This document shows, piece after piece, positions 44,701 through 55,800 of a stretch of 64,000 nucleotides of DNA. Each line of letters starts with the position of its first letter. Position 1 is the stretch's first letter. The DNA comes from Acanthaster planci. Taxonomy: Eukaryota. The notes beneath the pieces are model-generated. The model ran no database searches. It saw only the letters and a program-made list of their open reading frames with translations, and was not told where the DNA came from. Where the stretch lies: the NCBI RefSeq assembly GCF_001949145.1, contig NW_019091361.1, positions 1,714,866 through 1,778,865 of the forward strand, in the 5' to 3' direction. A program made the position numbers and the translations under genes.

Positions 44701-47700
44701 AAGCTATTCAACTGAGCTTGAGACAAAAGCATTCTTTTGTCAGTGTTCACCCTGTTACTTACGACTAGCCTTGTCAAGGGACTTCTGATCGAACTCGACT
44801 CCAACTCTGTTGCTCATGGAACAGAAAATTGTTGATCGCAGCAATTATAGTGCAGCTTGGAACACATTGCTTACCTTTCATTGAATGTATGCACCTGTAG
44901 TTGACTGGCGTGTTGCTCCACTGGTGATTCTCATCAAGCAGTGGGCCTCTGCTCAGGGCATCAACGATGCAAGTCAAGGGACGCTGTCCAGTTACTCGCT
45001 GGTACTCATGGTAATCAGCTACCTCCAAGGTATCTTCCTTCAGAATTTAAAGGTCTTAGCTTTGGTAGTTAGGGCTAATTGTTAACCATCTTAATACTGG
45101 TGACTGACAATACAGTGCTCCACCAAGAGTTAGCTACACAGAGGTCATTTTTTGCTGCACATTATGGGAAATATCAACAAAGTTTCTTTGCAGGGTGCAC
45201 CAAGATAACTTCAATTTTTCGGGGAAGATTTGTTGGATTATTTTGAATAGCAGTTTTAATTAAAACTTTCTTCTTTCTTTTGATTGGAATGTCCCAATCT
45301 ATCAAAATTTCCCCAAGCTGTCAACTGACATGCAGTCAAATGCTAATTGTGGCAAGGCTGTCTATAATCAGTGATAACATTCTGTATAGAATAAGTGTGA
45401 CATCATTTTGAACCAGAAAGTGTAGGGTAAACGAATAGAGTGCACGGGCATATTGGTTCTCATGCTAATGCCTTTTACACCCCTATTTATGCATGTGACA
45501 TATTCACTTAGGTAAGCTATAGCTGTACATAATGAAGTCCTAGTAATTTTGTCTCACTGTAATTTGGTTTGGTTTGGTTTCTTATTTCCATTTTGCAACA
45601 ATCACAAAATTACATTGATAAAGTGTATTGGTAAAGTTCTTTAAGTCATAACTTGTTCCAGTTTAAAAAAAGTAGACGCAAAATGGGGGTGACATCCAGA
45701 GGAGGTAGAATCCTGGATCCCCCAGACTGCTGTTAAGTGATGCAGTTAATTGATATAATATTTCACATTAAATAGACTTAAGCACAGTTGTCAATCCCCC
45801 CCCCCAAAAAAAACAAAAATACCGGGTATATGTATTAAAAAAGAGAACCAAATAATTAGTGTCTTGTGTCTTTTGAACATGTATAGCGTAGGGCAGTACA
45901 CTTTATAATTTAGATGGAATTTATTAATGTAAAATTGAGAACGGTTCATCTATCTGATCCTAGGGTTTGTATTGCATTTTATTTTCAGTCAAATGCAAGC
46001 CATGTATTCTTCCTTGTCTTCATCAGACACACTCAGTGAGTATTAATGTCATCGATCTTGGAACTTTCTCATGTTTTTGCTATGTGATTTGAAATCAGTG
46101 TTTCCCAGTGCCAACAGGGACTCAACCTTTCCTCAGATCGGCTGACTTCCTCCGTTTTTATTTCTCATGCATGCCTTACAAACAGGAAAATTGTGGCCAG
46201 TGCTACGCAGTGTCAGCGTCTGAAAATTTGGGTATAAATCGATTTGTACAATGCAGCTTAATCTCCCCCAAACCCTAGCAGGCATTAGGCCTGTGGTCTG
46301 CCCCAGGCATTAGAGATGGTGCTTATATGTGCTCTTGAAAGCTGGGGAAGGACACATCATGTGCTTTAGTGGGTTTGTCGCCAGCTTTCTGTCAAGAGCT
46401 ATGTAATATCTTCTCATGAAGAGAAACCTCACAGCACATGTGCCCAGTGAAATTGTCGATAGCAATTCTTGGATTTTTTTTTCTTCGTTAGTGGGCCCAT
46501 TATGCACAGGGTTTATAATATCACCATAAAAGCCTCAGAAACCTCAGAAAATAACAAGTAAATGTGAACGATTAAACGGGAGTTGGGTTAGCGTAGTGGT
46601 TCCTTCCTCACCTTCCACCTCTGCGGCCCAGGTTCGATTCCCGGCTTGGTCCACATGTGGATTGGGTTTTCAGTCCCTACATGATTCCATGGGTTTTACC
46701 CAGAATATTCCTCTGGGATTTTCCTCCCCCCTAAAATTGTAACTGCTTCTCACTGTCTCCTCTCTACAGGTTTCTTCAGGCTTGCAAGCCACAGTGCCTA
46801 GGGCGCTTTTGAGGAATCCTTGGTGTCATTACCAGAAATAAATAATAATGATATTAAACTTTCTAAACTGATCTTCTGTTTGAGTTAAATAGTTCTGTAG
46901 TTTGTTTGAAACACTTACCAACACCTAAAATGAAAATGGGTTATCAGCATTAGATCGCCATTCCATATTTTTGAGGACAGGGAATTAGTTAACATGTTCA
47001 TAAGCAGTTTCCTAAGCTAAAGCTTTATGATGTGAGCTGCTAAATGACATTGCAATATTCTTCATGTTTTTCTTTCTCCCCAGAGCACCTTCAACTCGCA
47101 TTCTGATGTTCGCTTCCTGTACGACACGCATCCAAACAACCCTCTCCCAAGCCACATTGTATTCAGGTCCAAGAACACGGATTCATTGTGGGACCTCCTG
47201 AGGGGCTTCTTTGAATACTATGTGGAAGAATTCAGGTTCCAGACCAACGTAATCTGTGTACGGCTCGGCAATACCTACCCTCTTCGTGATGCTCTGTACG
47301 GGTCCAGAGACTGGGTCAACAAGTACATCTACATTGAAGGTGGGAGCCCCAAGTTTTCTATTATTATTATTATTATTAATTTATTCAGGCAGATTCAAAC
47401 TATACAACACGCAATATACATACAATAAAAATTATATCCAAAATATAATTAAAAAAAGAGGATCAATACAGATTGAAAAAGGAGGCACACATGTAGACAG
47501 TCAATCAATATAAAAGACGAGGAATGATCAAGCAAGAGACAGACATACATAAGAAAAAAAACAGACAAAAAAACGACAGTGCAGGACTGCCTTGGAGAAA
47601 AACAAGAGTGGAAAATATCACTTTCGCCAAAAGGGCGTGCCACTCCGACCCTGCGCAACAATCAGTTCAGACACACAAACACAAAACGAGGGACATCACA

Positions 47701-48572
47701 ACGACAAATCCCACCAATTTGTAAACACACCACACAGACACAAAGGAAAGGACACGAGGAGGAAAAAAAGGCCTTGTACAATGAACTGCAATGGTTCCTG
47801 AACTGCTGCAGTAGAGCCAATCATTCACTGACGATCCAAGCAACTGGAGGATTAGCGTTTGATTTGTTTGAGGCAGAACGCTGGTTGATGCTCTCTGCTG
47901 AATTTAGACCGTAACAAATGAGCTGTAAAACTTCTGAATCTCCTTTTTTTTCAGTTTGTTTGTTTTTTTCCCACGCCAGAAAGGTTGGGTCACGTTCTCA
48001 CCGTGTGCTGCGAAACTTTGGGGACTACATATAATTTTTTACAAGCTCATTCAAAAAGTGTGGAGCAGCATGGTTGTCTGGCTGTGTGTAAAAGTCATTC
48101 TAGGTTTTGAAATGAGGAGTCACAACCTAACTGGGTGATTACGGCGAACATTATTCAGGCTGAGTGTTTTAGATGTTAAGAAACAGAAGCCAGTTGGCCA
48201 CAGAGGGCTAGTTTTAGATCACTGAAATTGTTAGTTGCTTCAAAATGTGCGATCCACAATGCCTTGTCCAGGACATCATCACAAGTTCACGAGTGTATCA
48301 AAGTGTTTGTTTAAATGTCATGTTCCTGCAATTTCAGCGTGTGGTCAGTTTTTTTACTTCTTCTATGCACAGAGCCTTTTGATAGAAACAACACTGCCCG
48401 GGCTGTTTACAACGATGCAAACTTCAGGAAGATAATGCGGACGTTTGAGAAGACGCATCAGAAATTGTCACTCATCAGCGAGTCGGATTTGGAGGATCCA
48501 GAGGAAGTGTTGAACTTCAGATATGACAGGTCATCGAAAGACACGCCCCCAATAAAAAAGAAAAAGAGATGA
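38773..48572 (+). CDS. TENT2: Poly(A) RNA polymerase GLD-2 / TENT2 (PAPD4)-like, 646 aa. Exons 38773-38966, 39660-40350, 41428-41542, 41937-42028, 43055-43121, 43632-43704, 43977-44013, 44397-44436, 44901-45029, 45989-46035, 47084-47339, 48373-48572
   Basis: Pol-beta NTase motif LFLVGSSLNGFATNSSDTDLCL, then AKVPILKF, third Asp in LDCDININN, GIRNTHLL, IKQWASAQGINDASQGTLSSYSLVLMVISYLQ. The PAP-associated recognition loop IEEPFDRNNTARAV lacks the His of TUT4/7 uridylyltransferases. 1941 nt in frame. The two N-terminal low-complexity exons and the start codon are less certain. Confidence 0.9.
40485..41159. mobile_element. ~675 bp PIF/Harbinger-like non-autonomous element in a GLD-2 intron
   Basis: 20-bp TIRs aggccttttcacacgagcgc / gcgctcatgtgaaaaggcct (one mismatch), with 3-bp flanking duplication cca. 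Confidence 0.75.
45562..45725 (-). mobile_element. Possible LINE 3'-end fragment
   Basis: The minus strand ends in gaaataagaa(accaa)n after a short structured segment. Pattern resemblance only. Confidence 0.3.
46578..46849 (+). mobile_element. tRNA-derived SINE (~270 bp)
   Basis: Pol III A box tagcgtagtgg (46589-46599) and B box ggttcgattcc (46631-46641), followed by a non-tRNA body and an aaataaataataat tail. Confidence 0.75.
47359..47915 (-). mobile_element. Probable 5'-truncated LINE 3' end in a GLD-2 intron
   Basis: Minus strand ends in AATAAA plus an (AAT)n tail (plus-strand (tat)n 47359-47377, tttatt 47380-47385) after a T-rich UTR-like body. The far boundary is approximate. Confidence 0.45.
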
Positions 48573-51500
48573 TTTCAAGAAAACTGCAGCTGAAGCGCAA
48601 GCTTGTCATCAACCGAGAAAAGTTTGCCCATCTCTCGTGAATACGGAAGGTGCCCCCCCACACACAGTGCCAAATACAGCTGGATTTAAGAGATGTGGCA
48701 GCAATAGGCCAGTCCTTCTGTCGGCCAACTAATGGATTGTTAAATTCCAAGGATGAGTGAGACTGATAGCTCCTCAGAAAACCTTTTTGCCATAATAAAT
48801 GGAAATCAGCGAGAAGCTGATCCATTGATAGTGGCACCAGTGGTGGAAAGATATTCAAAGAAAGCAGTCCAAGCCACTTCCTGCAGGAGCAAAAGATGGC
48901 GAGTTGTTTTTTTTTTAACTGAAGAATGGAATCACTTTGATGGGAACTCACAGCATGTGTTGTTCAGGTACATGGGTGCTTCTGGACGGGAGCGGCTGCT
49001 TGGGTAGAACCAATTGAAGCCTGTCTTTTCTTTGCCGATGAGGGGGTGCTCTCAGTCAAAGCAGACTGTGGAAGTAAAGATCAATTCAAAGTACCCCTGT
49101 AGGCGCCGTGAACCAGCTTGTCAACAGAAAATTGGACGGCAGTGTGGCCATGTCTTTATTTTTGATTCCATATTAGTTTCTCCGTTTATTTTAGATATGT
49201 CTATCATTGTTCTCATCTATTATCATTGATCGACTTGAATGGGCAAGAGGAATGCTTGAAGTTACTGTACATTTGTAACCTCAGTACATGATGAGGCAGT
49301 GTTCACATGGTTGATATCTGGAAGTACGCAGACACTGTATGGTGCTATTCTTAGATAAAATACCAATGGGTCTTCAGTTTTGCACTCTCTGGTTATTAAT
49401 CCAATTAGGAAAGTGCTGAGGACTGCTCTCTTGTGCCGCATCTGCAGAAAATGGAGAGGTCTGGTAATATGATACATGTAGCTTTATTTCCATGCAGTTA
49501 TCTCGTGGCAAAGTAATAGGGACGTCATTAAGAAATTCCCCCGCCAGTAATTTGTCGTAGCAAGAGGGTAATGTTTTCCATTGAAATTTGATAGGATATC
49601 TGTAATGTTGGAAGACTATGAAGACAGAGTTCTATCACAAAGGTCCATCAGAACTAAACCTGGAATGCTGGTTTTCTTGTACTCGGATTTCGACTGGGGT
49701 ATTGTTCCCCCCCCCCTTCCTCGCCAACATTTAGCAGGTCCTTGAATGGCTGATGCCTAGTGGTCTCACAGATAGCTGTAAGACATTTTCTTGTGATCAC
49801 CTGTGTACCTGTAGTTATCTGTCACAGTGTGGATATTTGTGCGCACAAGAGTGATTTTTGGAGTGGCTCTGTTGAAGCATCTTGTCATGTGAGAAACTGG
49901 TACATGTACTGACATTTCGACACCACTTCTGGAAACCATCATGAAAACTGCTATTGCCAATGTCCTCTAAACATAGCTCATCAGGATTGTCAATTCACTT
50001 TTTGTACGAATATTTACCTGCGTAATATGTTAAGATCATTCATTTTAAAGCTTTTTTTTATAATTTCACGTCAGCAATATCGTTGGCTCCTTTATGACAC
50101 AGACAACAGGAAAGTTATTGGCGTATTGGTTGTCAGCAATTTTGGCCATATTATATGAATGCACAATCCGATAAAGCAAACTCTTTATAGAAACTCAAAA
50201 TTGATGTGGAGAGTTTGCAGCAAAGTACATGGAGGTGTTGCAAAATTATTAATCAGATTAATCTATGGAGATATATATGCATAAAGTGAAACATGATTTT
50301 TAAATTTAGTTTTTGAAGTTGATAATATTCAGAAGCAACCCGATGTTAAGAAAGTTTCTGAATCTTTTCCAAATGTGCAGAAATTGTTTAGAAAGTTCTG
50401 GGGTAAAGTTCTTTTCATAGAAGGGAAAGGAAGATTTTTCTCAATTTCAACAAAATCTGAGAATATTCGCTGAAATCTGTGGCCAAATTTTTGGAACTAG
50501 ACAGAGCTTTTTTTGTTGGTGGTGGGAGTCTGAAAGGTCTGTTATAATTAGTGCATTTCCTTTAAGGAGACATGTACTTTTATCAAGAGGATCAATACAA
50601 AAGTTTTCAGTTGTGAAAGACTTAAAGTTCCCAATTTTAGAAAGAGTGAGTTATGCATATCTGTGAAAGCTGATTGCCAATCTTGTCTTTATCACTTGTT
50701 CTCAGATGACTGTATATTGACGGTGGAATTCTAGGAAACATTTTTAGAAAAAGGGGCACAAATTTTCTTTATATTCAATAAGCCCGGCATATGTCGTTTT
50801 AAGCATTAAACTGTCAGGAAACAAGTATATTTTTTTGATGCTAAACATTGTTTGATTTGCAATTTATTTATATTATTGAACAGGAAAGTTATCAATTAAA
50901 GTTCAAGTTAGCAAATTACATCATGTATGAAACTGGAAATCTTTTGATGGTCGACTTCGGTACTTAATGTTTTTAACTGCCTACCTTTAGGTGATGATCC
51001 TGGAGATCAGAGTGTGATCGTCACCAACACCCCTGACATTTTGATGCGCTATCATTTTAAATTTCCGTTTATCATTCCTGATGACAAACTTTGTTATTTA
51101 CGTGCCTGGTCATTATGGAACAAAAATGGTACTGATCTACTGATTTTGCAACACGTGTCGGGCAAGTGAGGGCGTATCCCGTCCCACGTGCCTTTGTACT
51201 TGTGTTCGTTTTGAGCCGCAGACGATAGCTCTTCAAAAACTTGTCTGGTATCCAGCAGACTCAAACGTTTTACTATATAAGATGTGCGGAGAAATCAAAC
51301 TACTATCTCGCCGCGGAGAGATCGTGTGCCACCGCCGAAACGAAAAGGTCGACGGTTGTAGGTTAACGAGGAGGGACAATCAGACTGAGACTACGTTGTG
51401 ATACTGCTGTATTCGAGTAAATAAGACTTTGTTGTGATAATGTTAAGAAAAATTTGTTCCAAAAGAACGTGCCTTTGCTTATCACATTGAATGTGTCAAC

Positions 51501-52311
51501 GCGACAGGCGATATCATTGTGAGCACATTGTCGTGTTCAACGGATACGCTTCGCGCGCGTCGCTAGTTGAAGTGTAGTGTGTAGTGTGCTCGTAGTGTGT
51601 ATGCACACATTTGACGTAGATTAGCTCCCGTCAGCTAGGGTTGGGTGTGATCCCTACTTTTTGGACCATAAGTGCCAAAGTATACACTTTCTAGTAACAT
51701 CCTCAGGCTGTGGAAAATGACTTCTCACTCAGAATTAACTAGTTCAGTTGTCACCACAAGATCTTGAAGGACTTGGGCCTACTTCCCGAGGCTGAAAGGG
51801 TAAGTTTCAATTGATATACACAAAGCCAAGTTGTATAATTTATAAGCTTAAAATTTGGTTGAAACAAAAATGTAGATGTCCATAAACTGAAGGTATTCAA
51901 GGATTGCCAATATAAAGCTCCATTGCTGTTGTGTTGGTGATCATGGAATATCTGCATGTATGTAGGCCTATGTTGTTGTTACCCGTCAAAATCTAAACGC
52001 TGCCATAGAGATCCCGCAGTTACAGGTATGAATGCAGAAAAAAATTCCTTGAAAAACTAACTTTTATTTGACTGTGGTCATGACTTTGTATGCCTTTGGT
52101 GTACTTTAATAACCGAAAGCTTACATGTTGAAAAAGAGACCTAGGCCTATTTTAAAAAACGGCTTTTAGATTTTGTTTGTAACAGCACAATGTAAGCCCT
52201 ACATGTAATTATGTTCAAAAATGTGTTAGATTAGGCGATAAGGTCCCCTTTTAAAGAAGAATGGCTTGAAAGCACTCTGATCCACCAATTTGGAGAAATT
52301 AATAATCTTAA

Positions 52312-52887
52312 CCACTTGCTGCTGGGTGCTTTTAAAAATGCAGTGCACACATACGGGAGATTTTCAGGATTTTCAGTTTCAAAATTCTCCAAAAATTCAT
52401 CATTTCATTTAATGGACGTTTACATCTACACAAATGACTGTCTGGTGGCCACTCTAAGCTGACAGGCAACCTTCATTGACTCCTGAGTATTCAGCCAGGC
52501 CTGCCGCCCTGTAAAAAGAGCTCAGAATTGTGAGGTGTTGCGTAATTTCCTTTGTCCCCAGTAAATGCGAGTGGCGTCTTTTCAAGCGCGGCTGGATTAG
52601 CATGCGGCGGTGCTGTGTTGGTCATCAATGCGGCCCTGGAGCACTTTTGTCCGTGGTGCTAATCAGCGGGCGCGCTATGCCCAAAACAGTGGTATACTGT
52701 TTAAAAACAGTGACAGATTACCTTCGAAAAATGCAAGCCAAAAAATGATGGCAATACCCAGCAGCAGGTCTTTTGTTCCGAGTACGGTCTTTTGTTACAC
52801 GAACCAGCTCTTTTGTCCCATTTCGGGCACCTCAGCTCTGCGTATAAACCCATGGTGCTCAAAACGGGGTGCCCCGGCAGCAAGTGG
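52312..52887 (-). mobile_element. piggyBac-like non-autonomous element (~575 bp), inverted copy
   Basis: ttaa|ccacttgctgc...gcagcaagtgg|taaa with 11-bp perfect TIRs. The reverse complement matches 27808-28394 and 21654-22011. Confidence 0.8.
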
Positions 52888-55800
52888 TAAAGGGTAGAAG
52901 CACCTCCTCCATTCTGTCCACAAATCCAGATGCGAAACCTTATTTACCCAACCTGTTTAGTGCCAGTCAATCCATTATTCTGTTTTGTTTTGTCAGTTTC
53001 TGTTTTTTTATTTTGAGCTGTCCATGTACTGCTACATGTATACGTATAATTTGCTGATTAGTAATGGCTTACATGTTACATGTATTTGCCCTCTACTCCA
53101 AAAAGGAGGAGGCTCAGTGCTATAGAAGAGGCTGTGCTCCATTTTTTTATCATCCTTGCATTGCCCCAAGCAATATGTAATATAGGCCTTAATGAGCTCA
53201 GAGTAGTACATGTATTATCATGCTTCTGGGCTTTTTTCTTCAAAGTCCTATCAATGTTGCAGTGCATGCTTCTTGGATGTTGTCTGTCATGAGATGTATA
53301 TTGCACCAGTACTGGGCTGGCGGGATTGGGTCGTGACTCGTGTGTAAATTTTAAAAACAATTTAAAGACACACATTAACTGGGGAATTAAAAATGAAATC
53401 TTTCATTCAGCTCAGTTTGTTTTTAAATACTAAAAATACTATCTTACTTGTATAATAGACAACAGTTGAGTCAGTCCAGGTAAGTTAAAATTATCATTCA
53501 TGCTAACCCACACCATAAGGTTAAGAACTCAAATTGTAAAGAAAACCACCATATTTCAAAAGAAGAACCTTTTAAAAAGACTTGAGAAAGGAAAATGCAG
53601 GTTTAAAATAAAACTAAGATGGGATCCAAAGATTTTGAAGAACCAAAATGGTTTCAGATTCATACATACTTCTGAATATCAATTTGACATTAAATTAATG
53701 CAGTGAGCGTTTAAAGTGATTGAAAGGCTGATGAGTGATGAGTGCCAGTGTGATCATGGGAGGAAATAAATTCAACATTTTTTGCAGTGTTAGAATTTAC
53801 ATACATGTACATTTTCAAAAAGTATGTACACACGCATATACATTTACATACGGACATCATGAATCCAATAATAAGGGGACGGTACCCAGCTGGTCATGTT
53901 GTATTGATCAGTGTTTGGTTTCATTGTGACCACTGATGTACATGTATTTACAAAATATGTTGCCGTAAGTTTTCTTAGATTCTATAATTGTGGACAGTAC
54001 ATTCAAGAATTAATGTGCTCATGTGTATTAAAACTTGAAGTTGAAGTTAATATCAAAGCAAATGTCTAGAGCTTTGAATGATGCACAGTGTTGGTGAATT
54101 TTGGGGACTTCACTACCAGAAGGTTGAATGGAATTTTTTTCAGATTTGATAAAAAGTCCTGTTTCTTAAAAGCCTTTGCATCAATCTCCTTTGTTTTGCT
54201 TTTAGTTTATTACTGCTTGTCCTTTATAAGTTCAATATATAATTACAAAGGAAGTTCAGGTTAGTGAATGTTGGCATATTATCGTACCTCTGTTCAAATT
54301 TATGGTATTGGAATTACATGTACCGGTAGTCCGTTTTTGTTGGTGTGTTTGAATGAAGTACTACGGTAATTCTTGTTAAATGTATTCTGGTCTCATCCAA
54401 CAGCCTCTGAATAGGTTGACCGTTTCACATCATATTGTCAAAAGAAAGTTTACCTTATTTATGAGTCACCAATCTGTATATCAGCCTTACAGTCCAATAT
54501 GCATGTACTACATATTTGTACATTTCAGATTTTGGCTTCAAATGACAGACATGTAAAACTGTGCTCCAAAATATATCAAGTCAACATAATTGTATGTGAA
54601 TTGAAAGTGAACTCTTGAACTTCCAGAGGTTTACGTGAAGATTGCTCAGAGTCAGATGAAAAGGTTCAAGATTGTCCATCCAGCTGACAAGTAATGGAAA
54701 ATTTGAGGGATTCCATTCGAGACAAATGGGAAAATAAATTTTCAAAATGATTCGTTTGCACAGAGATGTGAGGTTTTTCTGGGGAGGGAAGATTGGGGTT
54801 CAGTTTAAACTGCCCTGTTGTGATAGGCATACTTGTAATCATTGCAACCAGGGTGCTACAAGTACATGTACTTGTTAGCATACTGCATGCAAAACCATAG
54901 AAACAGGAGGTTGGCAATCAGTCATGCAATACGCACAGAAACCTCTGAATGTATGGAGCTTTTTGTGTCTCAGCAGAAGATGGATAGCACAGCCTCCACC
55001 CAATGACAACTTAATGCCGAGCTTGGCTCAGGCTTTTAAGAGCATCCCCAGTAGACTGCTCAGTGTCCTTTGAGATCTAGAATGGCATTGTCCAAGAGGA
55101 GGAAAGAGGGGTATGAATATGTACATTGATAAAAATAAATTTCAATAAATAACTGTCCATATTTTCTGGTCTTTGTATTAATCAATGTGTAATTTGTTTC
55201 TTCAGTGTTGTTCAGAAATTATAATTTGTAAATTTGCCAAATGGTACAGAGATGCAGTCAGGCAGTAATACTTGTACTTGTATGTAAATAGGCCGTACAA
55301 AAAAATTTGCAAAAGAGGAGGAAGTGTTGTATATGATACTCATACAGACTGTAATTTGTTGTTTGGTGGGGTTGTGTAGGCTACTAAATGTTGAATTTGG
55401 TTGTTGGATTGTGCTTTATTATGAGTCTTATTCTGAGACTTTTCTAAAGCCCGGTTTCCACAATTGATCATTTTCCGTTGATATGTAGTGACATGTACAT
55501 GTACCAGTATGTAAGAACACCCTTATCGCAATTAAATGACGCAAATGGCGACAGTTGGCAAAGTTAAACTTTGCCGACTGCAGTATATAAATTGCTACCT
55601 AAAATTGGCATTTTGTGCAAAAGTTTCGGATGCCATTTTAAAAGTGTTTTCTGCATCTTGATTTCTTCCGTACCGTCAGCGTTTGTTAAGACCATATACC
55701 CCCCGTAGGGAACTATGCTTAACTATCTCTGGTTGTTAATATAAGCCCAAAGTGGAGTGTGGGATAAGGCATTAAAGGTAATTTACAGGGTTATATATCT

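Noticed and set aside
45030..45988. Second U12 intron (GLD-2 donor gtatcttcc)
   Set aside because: It deviates from GTATCCTT, and the acceptor has an ordinary pyrimidine tract with no U12 branch motif.
46578..46650. tRNA gene
   Set aside because: It has A and B boxes but no convincing cloverleaf, and continues into a SINE body and A-rich tail.
50991..51082. C/D snoRNA-like gtgatga...ctga
   Set aside because: No terminal stem, not evidently intronic, and only a short possible rRNA complement.
52530..52897. GC-rich ORFs or structured ncRNA
   Set aside because: The region lies inside the piggyBac-like repeat found twice elsewhere in the window.
53298..53320. miR-92-like tattgcac seed (also miR-279-like tgactagatcc near 25654)
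   Set aside because: No complementary arm forming a precursor hairpin.
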